Source of the DNA: an uncultured Anaerotruncus sp.
GTDB taxonomy: Bacteria; Bacillota; Clostridia; Oscillospirales; CAG-272
Length of the DNA: 64,000 nt
Direction: 5' to 3'
Assembly (NCBI GenBank): GCA_902461815.1
Contig: CABPZE010000002.1
Location: forward strand, 187,177 to 251,176
The notes below the pieces were generated by a model, which saw only the letters and a program-made list of their open reading frames with translations, was not told where the DNA came from and did not search any database. This document shows positions 54,849 to 63,638 of this stretch, in pieces. The number at the start of each line of letters is the position of its first letter. The stretch's first letter is position 1. The position numbers and the translations under genes are program-made.

Positions 54849-56468
54849 ATGTTCCGCGCATTACTGAAGACCAGATTCGCCGCCCTGCTTTCAAGCATGA
54901 CGCCGCGCGGCAAGGACGGCAAGCGCCGCGGCAAGGGAATGATAGTGCTGATGTGCGTGCTTTACGCTTATATCGGCGTTGTGTTCATCGGAATGTTCCT
55001 TTCGCTCTTTTTTGCGGTGTCAATGGCGGTCAGGGGCAGCGACAGTGAATGGATATACTTTGCCCTTGCCCTGCTGTTCTCGTTCGCCCTCTCCTTTATT
55101 GGCAGCATATTTATGACCAAGGTGCAGCTTTTTGAGGCAAAGGACAACGAGCTGTTGCTCTCAATGCCCATTCCGCCCATGTACATCCTTGCCAGCCGCG
55201 CGGTATATCTTTACATCGTGGCGCTTGTGTATGTGCTTATAGTCATGCTCCCCGCAACGGTAGTGGGAGTGCTCAGCGGACTTATCGGTATCGTACCCGC
55301 ACTGCTTATGGTGCTCGGTACGCTGCTGCTGCCTCTGCTCGTGCTTGCGCTTTCAAGCGTTTTTGCCTGGCTGCTTGCGCTGATAACCGCAAAATCCGGC
55401 AAAAAGAATCTCGTTACCACCGTGCTTTCCCTTGTGTTCTTTGTCGGATATTTCATTCTTATCTCCAACAGCAACAAATATATCGAGCAGCTGTTTGAAA
55501 ACCTTTCCGGCATTGCCGACGCGCTCCGCTTCCCCCTCTCTCCCCTTTACGCCTTCGGAGCGGGACTTGCCGACGGAAATGTCATTCAGTATCTCCTCTT
55601 CCTTGCGTGGTGCATAGTGCCGTTTGCCGCCGCCGCGCTTGTGATATCCAAATCGTTTATCCGTATAGCCACAATGCGCGCCGCCGCCTCCCGCGCCCGC
55701 TACCGCGAGCGTACCGTTAAGCAGAAATCGCAGCTGTCGGCGCTCATTGGCAAGGAGCTGCGCAGGTTCTTCTCCTGCTCTGCCTATGTGCTCAACTGCG
55801 GAATCGGAAATATTCTGCTTATCATAGCCGCTGTTGCATTGCTTATCAAGGGCGGCTCGCTCTTCTCGGCTTTCGCTGTAGAGGGAGAGGCCGTGGACAC
55901 CGGTGTTTTCCTTTCGATAGTAGCTACCGTGATGCCCGTCATCCCGCTTTTCTGCACGTCAATGAACGCAGTTTCCGCTCCGTCGATATCGCTTGAGGGA
56001 AAAAGCATCTGGATACTCCAGTCAATGCCCGTAAAGGGCAGCGACGTGCTTAAAGCAAAAGCGCTGACTCATGTGATAATCAACCTCCCAGGAGTGATAA
56101 TTTTCTCCGTGTGCGCAGGTATCGCTCTGAAGCTCGGCGTCGCCAATACGGCGGGAATGCTGGTTCTGAACGTCGCCGCAACCTTCTTCTATGCCTTTTT
56201 CGGCATTGCTCTGAATCTGAAGTATCACAGCTTTGACTGGGTAAATGAAAATTATCCGATAAAGCAGGGTACAAGTGTGACGATCACGGTGCTTTCGGGC
56301 ATGGGTATCTCAACCCTGTACTTCATTCCGTCCATCATTCTCGGCATTGCAGGAGTACCGTCCTATGCAATAAATCTAATATGGACTCTTCCCTTTGCCC
56401 TTGCCGCGTGGCTTATCTGCCGTTGGGTACTTAAAAAGGGCGGTAGAAAGTTTGAAACCCTAAGTTGA
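54849..56468 (+). CDS. ABC exporter permease (large ABC-2-like, ~12 TM)
   Basis: 539-aa polytopic protein whose start abuts the ATPase stop. Resembles YthQ-type putative ABC exporter permeases (from memory). Confidence 0.7.
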   Translation: MFRALLKTRFAALLSSMTPRGKDGKRRGKGMIVLMCVLYAYIGVVFIGMFLSLFFAVSMAVRGSDSEWIYFALALLFSFALSFIGSIFMTKVQLFEAKDNELLLSMPIPPMYILASRAVYLYIVALVYVLIVMLPATVVGVLSGLIGIVPALLMVLGTLLLPLLVLALSSVFAWLLALITAKSGKKNLVTTVLSLVFFVGYFILISNSNKYIEQLFENLSGIADALRFPLSPLYAFGAGLADGNVIQYLLFLAWCIVPFAAAALVISKSFIRIATMRAAASRARYRERTVKQKSQLSALIGKELRRFFSCSAYVLNCGIGNILLIIAAVALLIKGGSLFSAFAVEGEAVDTGVFLSIVATVMPVIPLFCTSMNAVSAPSISLEGKSIWILQSMPVKGSDVLKAKALTHVIINLPGVIIFSVCAGIALKLGVANTAGMLVLNVAATFFYAFFGIALNLKYHSFDWVNENYPIKQGTSVTITVLSGMGISTLYFIPSIILGIAGVPSYAINLIWTLPFALAAWLICRWVLKKGGRKFETLS

Positions 56469-56533
56469 ACGGAAAAAACTTAATAAAAAAACTCCGCCTG
56501 ATATCAAAGACGGCAGCCAACAAAAACCTGAAA

Positions 56534-56576
56534 CCGCCCCGGGACACGCCAATGTGTGTTCCGGGACGGTTTTTTA
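56534..56576. terminator. terminator between the ABC operon and the convergent antiporter fragment
   Basis: 14-bp stem CCGCCCCGGGACAC / GTGTTCCGGGACGG (one mismatch), then TTTTTTAGATTTT. A T-rich run also follows on the opposite strand. Confidence 0.8.
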
Positions 56577-56584
56577 GATTTTAT

Positions 56585-57265
56585 TTATTCCTTTATCTCC
56601 CCCGCCCACTTGAAAGCAAATTTTGCAATGATAACGGCGATGATCTCATTTATTATTGCCGCCACAACGATCGTGCCGGACACGATATCGGCAAGGGACG
56701 GGTCAAACGCCGTCAGTGTTGAAACGGCAATTCCGGTGAATACCAACGACACCCCGGAATGAGGCAGCAGTGTAAAGCCAAGGTATTTTGTGACCGTCGG
56801 CTCTGCCCCCGTTATCCTGCCGCCGAGGTACGCACCGCCGATCTTTCCGGCTGCCCGTGAGAGAATATAAACTGCCGTAAACAGCCCCGCGCCCGCAATA
56901 AGACGGTAATCAAGCGGCATTCCAAGATTCACTATGACCGCGATAAGGGACAGGCTCAGCAAAGGATTGTACAGCTTCAGCACATCCGCAAGTTCCTTTT
57001 CGGGAACAAGATTTGCAACCGTGGCACTGAATGCCATTCCTATGAGAAGATAATTGAGACTGAACGAATGGAAAAGATACAGGTCGATCATAAGACCGCA
57101 TGCCGCGGACACGCAAAGAAACGCAAGCATCAGCACAAAAAGCGTGATGTTCTTAGCGGAGAAATCACAAAACATTGACCTAACACCACGGCAGGGGCGA
57201 ACTGTGTTCGCCCGCGGGAGACCGCAGGTCTCTCCTACGGGTAAAAAATGGTTCGCAGTAAACAA
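56585..57265 (-). pseudogene. C-terminal half of a CPA2-type cation/H+ antiporter (Na_H_exchanger family); probable gene remnant
   Basis: Only ~6 TM helices (…LLIGMAFSATVANL…AGKIGGAYLGGRITG…LGFTLLPHSGVSLVF…), versus 10-13 TM and ~390 aa for the family. The N-terminal 30 codons of the ORF are GC-rich hairpin sequence. An internal Met at 57175 has a weak RBS. The ORF start abuts a terminator. Confidence 0.45.
57195..57235. repeat. two adjacent GC-rich hairpins
   Basis: GGGCGAAC-tgt-GTTCGCCC (57195-57213) and GAGACC-gca-GGTCTC (57218-57232). Confidence 0.6.
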
Positions 57266-57269
57266 ATAA

Positions 57270-57312
57270 TTAACCCCGATAGATTTTTTGAAAATCTATC
57301 GGGGTTCGTTTT
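57270..57312. terminator. bidirectional terminator after the orphan 121-aa gene
   Basis: Stem AACCCCGATAGATTTT / AAATCTATCGGGGTT with T-rich flanks on both strands. Confidence 0.8.
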
Positions 57313-57678
57313 TTATTTAGTGTGTAAAATTTCGATATTTCCATCTACAAATCCAACGCCAATACCATCTTTTGATTTCAGCAAATCTGCATATTTGCCA
57401 TGTTCTAAATATTGGTTCAATTCCTTAACCATATATTCTAAAGCCTCGTCCCATTCACACTCCATTCCCCAATTATACAAACACTCTCGTGATCCAAAAT
57501 CGGTCAATTCGTCGCATGCCCAGTCCTCGTCTTCGGGGTCAAAGCGTTCTGTTCCAACCAATTCCATTGCCCAGCTACTATCGGATTCCTCGTAAAGATT
57601 AAAGCAGAAAGCTACAACAGTATTGGGAATTTCTTGATCCAAAACTTTATCAATCCAATTTGATACACCGTTATTCAT
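57313..57678 (-). CDS. hypothetical acidic 121-aa cytoplasmic protein in an AT-rich islet (immunity-protein-like; speculative)
   Basis: Strong RBS AAAGGAGAAAAGAATAATG. Visibly AT-richer than its neighbours. Sequence is rich in D, E, W and C (WAMELVGTERFDPEDEDWACDELTDFG). No family recognised. Confidence 0.6.
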   Translation of the reverse strand: MNNGVSNWIDKVLDQEIPNTVVAFCFNLYEESDSSWAMELVGTERFDPEDEDWACDELTDFGSRECLYNWGMECEWDEALEYMVKELNQYLEHGKYADLLKSKDGIGVGFVDGNIEILHTK

Positions 57679-57773
57679 TATTCTTTTCTCCTTTTGTCAA
57701 ATTCTTATTTCTCCTTTTGTTTATCGCCAGTTTCGCCTTTGTATTACAAAGGCTTTGGGCAAAGCCCATACCC

Positions 57774-57932
57774 CTAAAGTTTTACGAACGCTCCAATAGG
57801 CTCCCTCCGGGAGGGAGCTGGCGCCGTAGGCGACTGAGGGAGAGTGCGTTACAATAAAGCTAATTCAAACTCAAAGTTACGTAGGCTCCTTCCACCGCTA
57901 ACGCGGTCCCCCTCCCTCTCGGAGGGAGGCTT
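57774..57932. repeat. two tandem diverged copies of a REP-like GC-rich palindromic element
   Basis: Copy A has AAAGTTTTACGAACGCTCC...GCTCCCTCC-gg-GAGGGAGC (hairpin 57800-57818). Copy B has AAAGTTACGTAGGCTCC...CCTCCCTC-tcg-GAGGGAGG (hairpin 57911-57929). Both lie within the 5' UTR of the orphan gene. Confidence 0.6.
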
Positions 57933-57944
57933 TTCGATAGTCTC

Positions 57945-57973
57945 ATTATAACACAAATCGGCAGAGAAAACAA
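57945..57973 (-). promoter_or_regulatory. promoter of the orphan gene
   Basis: Minus strand TTGTTT (57973-57968), 17 nt, extended -10 TGtTATAAT (57953-57945). Confidence 0.55.
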
Positions 57974-57984
57974 GTTCTCTGCCG
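57959..57984 (-). terminator. hairpin terminating the sulfatase-anSME operon (overlaps the -35 of the next promoter)
   Basis: Stem CGGCAGAGAA / TTCTCTGCCG. On the minus strand it is followed by ATTTGTGTT. Confidence 0.55.
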
Positions 57985-58183
57985 ATATTTTTGTACCCCT
58001 GATTTCTCCGTTAAGGACAAACGAGAAACGCAGACGTGCGTATTTTTGAATGCCTCATAAGAAATGCCGCCAAAAGTCCGGTCAGTATTCCGATAACAAA
58101 CGGCAGAAGCACAATGCACTTTTTACAGCAGATAGCGCGCAGTAAGCGAATATAAATTACTGTATCAGAATGATCCTCAGCGC

Positions 58184-59194
58184 TTAATACGCAATATCTT
58201 CAAATTCCTTTATGCACTCCCGGAAAAAGCGACGGTAGGAGTTGCAATAGAGAAACAGTCCGTCGTCGTTGCGGTAGCGTCGGCATCCGCCGCGGCAAAG
58301 GTCAATAAATCGGCAACGCGAGCACTGTTCGGGCAGCTCCCACGACGATTCCGTAAATCGCGTCCCTGCCGGAGCATTCAGGATATCCTCAACGCTGTCG
58401 GTCAGAATATTTCCGAGCTTCAGCTCCTCTTTTACATAAAAATCGCACGGATAAACGCTCCCGTCCGCTTCTATCAGCAGCTGAGGCGTGCATACCCCGG
58501 CGGCGCCGCAGTCCTCGGGATACGCGCCCGACAAGATCATGCGGATATTTTCAAACAACCGTATGTAAACACGCCGCCCGACGGCAATATCGTCCCGCCA
58601 CAAGCGGAAAAGACGCACAAGAAACTCGCCGTAAGCCGCATCGGACAGCCGCCTTGCCCCGATGCAAGGGATGTACTGCTGATAGTCAAAGCCCTCGCGG
58701 CGGTAAAATTCGTAGATCTGCCCGATCCTCGCCGCTGTCTCGTCGGTAACGACTGTAAGGATATTAAAATCACAGCCCGCCTTTTCAAGATGTCCGATGC
58801 CCCGCATCACTCCCGCAAAATCCTCGCGGTAAACGCTGTGAGACAGCTCGTCTCCGTCAAGCGAGACCCCGACCAGCACCCCGTTTTCCGCAAAAAGAGC
58901 TGCCATCCTGTCGTCGATAAGCGTGCCGTTGGTCTGCACCGAGACCTGCCCCGCGTAACCCAGCTTTGAAAGATGCCCGATCACGGCAGCAAAAAAATCA
59001 TATCCTGCAAGCAGCGGCTCGCCGCCCTGAAAGACGAGCGGATAACCGCACCTCAGATACGGAGCAAGACTGTCAAGCACATGGCAGGCGTCCGAGGCGG
59101 ACATGGGCGCAGCAGTCTCATGCCCCTCCTTGTAAAAGCAGTACCGGCAGCCGAGATTGCACCGCCCCGATACGGGCTTTATCATTATATTCAT
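58184..59194 (-). CDS. anaerobic sulfatase-maturating enzyme (radical SAM, SPASM domain)
   Basis: 336 aa. Contains CNLGCRYCFY (Cx3Cx2C), GGEPLL and C-terminal Cys clusters (YPCDFY, CSRCRFIDLCRGGC). Its start overlaps the sulfatase stop by 4 nt. Confidence 0.8.
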   Translation of the reverse strand: MNIMIKPVSGRCNLGCRYCFYKEGHETAAPMSASDACHVLDSLAPYLRCGYPLVFQGGEPLLAGYDFFAAVIGHLSKLGYAGQVSVQTNGTLIDDRMAALFAENGVLVGVSLDGDELSHSVYREDFAGVMRGIGHLEKAGCDFNILTVVTDETAARIGQIYEFYRREGFDYQQYIPCIGARRLSDAAYGEFLVRLFRLWRDDIAVGRRVYIRLFENIRMILSGAYPEDCGAAGVCTPQLLIEADGSVYPCDFYVKEELKLGNILTDSVEDILNAPAGTRFTESSWELPEQCSRCRFIDLCRGGCRRYRNDDGLFLYCNSYRRFFRECIKEFEDIAY

Positions 59195-60525
59195 TTTTTC
59201 TTATCGCGCAGCTTTTCTACCCTGTTGCCCTGCCAGTCATACACCGGGTCAAACGGAGTGGCGGAATCGGTTCTGTTGGCGACCTGTCCCGGTCGAAGCG
59301 GTATCGGTCCGTCAATAAGAGGATCGTTCGTGTCACGCATCCATTTGTCAAGCACCGCAGAAAGCTCCCGCAGGTCATCCGCATATTCCGGACGCGAGGC
59401 AAGATTTATGCGTTCTGCCGGGTCGGCAACAAGATCGTAAAGACATACCCTGTCGCGCGGAATGTACGGCAGCTTTGAGGTCAGATAAGCATCCTTTGCC
59501 GCGTGCTCGCCAATATTCACTATCGGCTTTTCAAGCCGGTCGTAAAACTTTATCAGTTTGAGTCTGTCGGTGCGAACCGCGCGCATGGGCTCGTACGCCG
59601 CATGATATGTCATTTCGGAGAAAACATAGTCGTGAACCTTTTCCACATCACCGCGCATCAGAGGCATGAGCGACTTGCCCTGAAGCCAGTCCGGATGTTC
59701 AAGTCCGAGCATATCGCACACGGTGGGGTAAACGTCAAGGTGCGAGACCATTGCATCCGACGCACCGCGGCCGATGTCCGGGTGGCGTATGAACATGGCA
59801 ACTCCCGTGCCGGTGTCCTTCAGGGTGCTTTTCATTTCCGGGAAGGAAATGCCGTGGTCGGTGGTAAACAGTATTACGGTATCCCTGTCAAGCCTCTGCG
59901 CCTCCAGCTCGTCAAGTATCGCGCCCACGCAATCGTCAACTACCCTAAGACTTGTCAGGTAATTTGCAAAATCATGGCGCGTTTCCTTGGTGTTCACGAC
60001 GGGAAACGGGGTCGCTATGAAGTCCTCCTCTATGTCGGTAGCTTCCTCATACACAAGATGCGTGCTGAACATACCGAAAGAAAGGAAAAAGGGCTTACCC
60101 TCGTTACGCCCGCTGCGAAGGAAGTCAAGCGCGTGTTCGAGCGCCCGTCCGTCGCGCACGCGCGAGCTTTTCTCACGCGATGAAAACCTCTCGTCATAGC
60201 AAAGAGCTGCCGGATCTTTTGCCTCGTGCTGAACTCCGCAAAGAACAGTGTAGTAGCCGTGGTCGTGAAGAAAATACGAAAGATGCTTGTGAAAATCGTT
60301 GGTTTCAAAGCCGCGGTGCGAAAGACCGAACATTCCGCTTGAATGCGGCGCCATTCCGGTCAGCAGTCCGGTGCGGCTGCAGGAGCAGGTCGGCGCTGTG
60401 CTGTGCGCCTGGTGGAACATAAAGCTCTCCCGCGCAAGTCTCATAAGGTTCGGGTTGTCGGCGGAAATACCGTAAGGCTGCATATACCGCCCACTGTCAT
60501 GCGTGTGAATGTAGATGAAATTCAT
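59191..60525 (-). CDS. sulfatase family protein, cytoplasmic, with non-canonical C-S-C-S-R maturation motif
   Basis: 444 aa with no signal peptide. STAPTCSCSRTGLLTGMAPHSSG aligns with the sulfatase signature C/S-x-P/A-x-R-xxxLTG. Confidence 0.8.
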   Translation of the reverse strand: MNFIYIHTHDSGRYMQPYGISADNPNLMRLARESFMFHQAHSTAPTCSCSRTGLLTGMAPHSSGMFGLSHRGFETNDFHKHLSYFLHDHGYYTVLCGVQHEAKDPAALCYDERFSSREKSSRVRDGRALEHALDFLRSGRNEGKPFFLSFGMFSTHLVYEEATDIEEDFIATPFPVVNTKETRHDFANYLTSLRVVDDCVGAILDELEAQRLDRDTVILFTTDHGISFPEMKSTLKDTGTGVAMFIRHPDIGRGASDAMVSHLDVYPTVCDMLGLEHPDWLQGKSLMPLMRGDVEKVHDYVFSEMTYHAAYEPMRAVRTDRLKLIKFYDRLEKPIVNIGEHAAKDAYLTSKLPYIPRDRVCLYDLVADPAERINLASRPEYADDLRELSAVLDKWMRDTNDPLIDGPIPLRPGQVANRTDSATPFDPVYDWQGNRVEKLRDKKK

Positions 60526-60840
60526 TTTTTCCCCTTTCCGCCGAAAAGGAACTGCCGAACAGAATTTTTCTTCTTACGTCAGCACCGTTTTATTCTCCGG
60601 CGATCCTTATTCCGATATCATATCATCAGCATTTTATCATTTTACCGCCTGCAAGTAAATAAAAATACTATTATTTTTATTAAAATCATATTTATTATCG
60701 ATGTCCCGACCCAGAGCAACGAAGCGCGGCTTCGGCATATCGTCTGTCGCTCACGTCAAATACCGTGTGAATTTTTTATCAATCTTTTCTGATTCTTTAA
60801 TTCTTTGTGACATATTTTTTGTTCAATGCGACAAAACATG

Positions 60841-60869
60841 TTGACAACGTCACCTCTTTATGCTAAGAT
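60841..60869 (+). promoter_or_regulatory. promoter of the oxidoreductase trio
   Basis: TTGACA (60841-60846), 17 nt, extended -10 TGcTAAGAT (60861-60869). Confidence 0.6.
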
Positions 60870-60930
60870 ATCAATGTCAGACCCACATGACTGGCGGAGT
60901 ATCGCCGGTACACAGAAAGGATATGCACTT

Positions 60931-62382
60931 ATGTACGATTACGATGTTTTAATCATCGGGTGCGGCATCAGCGGAGCCGCGGCAGCATATATGCTTGCGC
61001 GCTATGACCTTAAAACAGGTATACTTGAACGCTCCAATGACGTCGCCAACGGCACAACAAAGGCAAACAGCGCAATTCTGCACGCCGGATACGACCCGGC
61101 TCCCGGATCTCTGATGGCTCGCCTCAACAGGCGCGGAATATCTATGGCAAGAGACATCTGCCGCCGCCTTGACATTGAGTACCGACCCATGCCCTCTCTT
61201 GTGATCGCTTTCAATGAGCGGGATATGAATGAGATTCACAGGCTTTACGAAAGAGGTATCGCCAACGGCGTAAGTGTCAGAATACTCTCACGCGAGGAGG
61301 CGCTTGCCGTTGAGCCGTCGCTGAACCCTGACGTTGTCGGCGCGCTTTTTTCCGATGAATCCGCAATAGTCAACCCGTGGGAATACGCTACGGCAATGGC
61401 GGAGACCGCTGTACTCAACGGCACGGAGCTTATGCTTGAGCAGCTTGTCACGGGGATAGAAAAGAATGAGGACGGTACGCTTACCGTCATAACCGACAAA
61501 GGAAGCTTCAGGACCCGCTTTATTGTCAACGCCGCCGGGTGCTTTGCCGGGGATATCTGCCGCATGGTCGGCGACGACCGCATAACCCAGACCAACTACG
61601 CCGGTCAGTATTATGTGCTTGACAAATCCGAGGGCGCTCGCGTCGGTTCCGTTATCTTCCGCTGTCCCGACGAGAACGGCTTCAAGGGTATACTTGTCAC
61701 CCCCACCGTTCACGGGAATCTGCTTGTTGGTCCCGATGCCTCCCCGGTGTCGGACGGCGACAACACCGCGACCGACAGCGCAACGCTTGCAATGCTTAAA
61801 AAGCGCGGTCTTGAGTCAGTCCCCGGCATAAACTTCCGCGAGGTGATCCATGAGTATGCCGGAGTTCGCCCGACCACACAGTACAAGGATTTTATTATTG
61901 ACGTCTCCCCTGCCTGCCCACAGCTTATAAATCTTGCGGGCATTTGCTCCCCCGGACTTTCCGCCGCCCCCGCAATAGGGGAGGAAGCAGTAAGACTTCT
62001 TGCAGAGCAGGGGCTGGAGCTGAAAGAAAGAGCGGATTTCAAGGACACACGCCCGCCCGTAATACGCTTTGCGGAGCTTTCTGAGGAGGAAAAGCAGCGC
62101 GTTGCTGCCGAAAATCCGGCATACGGACGCATAGTCTGCCGCTGCGAGACGGTTACAGAGGGAGAAATAGTTGACGCGATACACCGTCCGATAGTTCCGC
62201 GCTCGGTTGACGCCATAAAGCGCCGCTGCCGCGCCGGAATGGGAAGATGTCAGGGCGGATTCTGCTCCCCGCGAGTACACGCCATCCTTGCGCGCGAGCT
62301 GGGAGTGCCGATGACGGAAATTACTCTTGACTCTCAGGGATCGTTCATACTTACCGGATGCACGAAAGGAGCCGACAACTGA
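60931..62382 (+). CDS. FAD-dependent oxidoreductase, GlpA/GlpD-like with C-terminal BFD-like [2Fe-2S] domain
   Basis: ATG 60931 (MYDYDVLIIGCGISGAAAAY). C-terminal CRCETVTEGEI...CRAGMGRCQGGFC. The track ORF is over-extended. Confidence 0.8.
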   Translation: MYDYDVLIIGCGISGAAAAYMLARYDLKTGILERSNDVANGTTKANSAILHAGYDPAPGSLMARLNRRGISMARDICRRLDIEYRPMPSLVIAFNERDMNEIHRLYERGIANGVSVRILSREEALAVEPSLNPDVVGALFSDESAIVNPWEYATAMAETAVLNGTELMLEQLVTGIEKNEDGTLTVITDKGSFRTRFIVNAAGCFAGDICRMVGDDRITQTNYAGQYYVLDKSEGARVGSVIFRCPDENGFKGILVTPTVHGNLLVGPDASPVSDGDNTATDSATLAMLKKRGLESVPGINFREVIHEYAGVRPTTQYKDFIIDVSPACPQLINLAGICSPGLSAAPAIGEEAVRLLAEQGLELKERADFKDTRPPVIRFAELSEEEKQRVAAENPAYGRIVCRCETVTEGEIVDAIHRPIVPRSVDAIKRRCRAGMGRCQGGFCSPRVHAILARELGVPMTEITLDSQGSFILTGCTKGADN

Positions 62383-63638
62383 TGAAAAACCATTATGACG
62401 TTATTGTTATCGGCGGAGGTCCGGGCGGCATGGCAGCCGCATGTGCCGCCTGCGGCGGCGGAGCCTCATCGGTGCTTCTGATAGAGCGCGACCGTGAGGT
62501 CGGCGGAATACTTAACCAGTGCATTCACAGCGGATTTGGCCTTCATCATTTCAAGGAGGAGCTGACAGGACCCGAATATGCCGGACGGTTTGCCGCAATG
62601 CTTAAGGAAACGGAAACCGAGGTGCTTACCGACACGATGGTGCTTGAGGTAACCGCTGACCGTCGCGTTAAATGCCTCAACTCGCGCGACGGATACCGTG
62701 AGTATTCAGCAGGCGCGATAGTGCTGGCAATGGGCTGCCGCGAGCGCACACGCGGAGCTATCGCCATCCCCGGGGACCGCCCTGCCGGAGTCATGACCGC
62801 AGGCACGGCACAGAGATATGTAAATATGGAAGGCTATATGCCGGGGCGCAGGATAGTAATTCTCGGCTCGGGCGACATAGGGCTTATAATGGCGCGCCGC
62901 ATGACGCTTGAGGGCGCAAAGGTGCTGGCGTGCGTGGAGCTTTGCCCGTATTCAAACGGTCTTACGCGCAATATCGTACAGTGCCTTGAGGATTACGGCA
63001 TTCCCCTTTATCTTTCCCACACCATCACCGGAATTGTCGGACGTGAAAGAGTGGAAAAGGTCGTAATATCCAAGGTGGACGGATTTACCCCAATACCCGG
63101 TACCGAATTTGAAATTGAATGCGACACGGTCCTGCTGTCGGTCGGGCTTATCCCCGAAAACGAGCTGACCCGCCGCGCAGAAATTCCGATAGACCGCCGC
63201 ACGAACGGTCCGGCGGTATATGAGAATATGCAGACCATGTGCGAAGGTATCTTCGCCTGCGGAAATGTGGTGCACGTGCATGATCTTGTGGACTTCGTGA
63301 CCGCCGAAAGCATGAAGGCGGGTGCGGCAGCCGCAGCATACGCGCTGGGACGGCGCGCGACCGGCAGAACGCTTGACATTATCCCCGGCGAGGGAGTCAA
63401 CTACACCGTGCCGCAGAAGCTGCGCCCGGACAATGTTTCTCCCACAGCGGAAATATTCTTCCGCACCAATCGCCCGCGCGGCGCTTCCCGCATTACAGTC
63501 ACCTCCGGCGACCGCGTGATTGCCAGCTTCATGCGTGCCAGAATGGCGCCCGGCGAGATGGAGAAGATCTCCCTGCTCCCCAAGCTGCTTGAGTCGGCGG
63601 GCAACAGTCTGACCGTAAGCGTTTCGGATGAAGTCTGA
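62382..63638 (+). CDS. NAD(P)/FAD-dependent pyridine nucleotide-disulfide oxidoreductase (GlpB-like partner)
   Basis: ATG 62382 overlaps the upstream TGA by 1 nt. Contains VIGGGPGGMAAA and a second Rossmann motif ILGSGDIGL. Confidence 0.8.
   Translation: MKNHYDVIVIGGGPGGMAAACAACGGGASSVLLIERDREVGGILNQCIHSGFGLHHFKEELTGPEYAGRFAAMLKETETEVLTDTMVLEVTADRRVKCLNSRDGYREYSAGAIVLAMGCRERTRGAIAIPGDRPAGVMTAGTAQRYVNMEGYMPGRRIVILGSGDIGLIMARRMTLEGAKVLACVELCPYSNGLTRNIVQCLEDYGIPLYLSHTITGIVGRERVEKVVISKVDGFTPIPGTEFEIECDTVLLSVGLIPENELTRRAEIPIDRRTNGPAVYENMQTMCEGIFACGNVVHVHDLVDFVTAESMKAGAAAAAYALGRRATGRTLDIIPGEGVNYTVPQKLRPDNVSPTAEIFFRTNRPRGASRITVTSGDRVIASFMRARMAPGEMEKISLLPKLLESAGNSLTVSVSDEV

Noticed and set aside
58037-58183. 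Hydrophobic reading frame (…CCKKCIVLLPFVIGILTGLLAAFLMRHSKIRTSAFLVCP*) on the minus strand just after the anSME stop.
   Set aside because: It has no ATG and no RBS. The only possible starts are unsupported GTG/TTG codons. It may be a remnant, and I cannot link it to the truncated antiporter.
60658-60681. AT-only inverted repeat AATAAAAATA-ctat-TATTTTTATT in the divergent sulfatase/oxidoreductase intergenic region, as a possible operator.
   Set aside because: In such AT-rich low-complexity DNA a 10-bp A/T palindrome is weak evidence. No regulator gene is adjacent.
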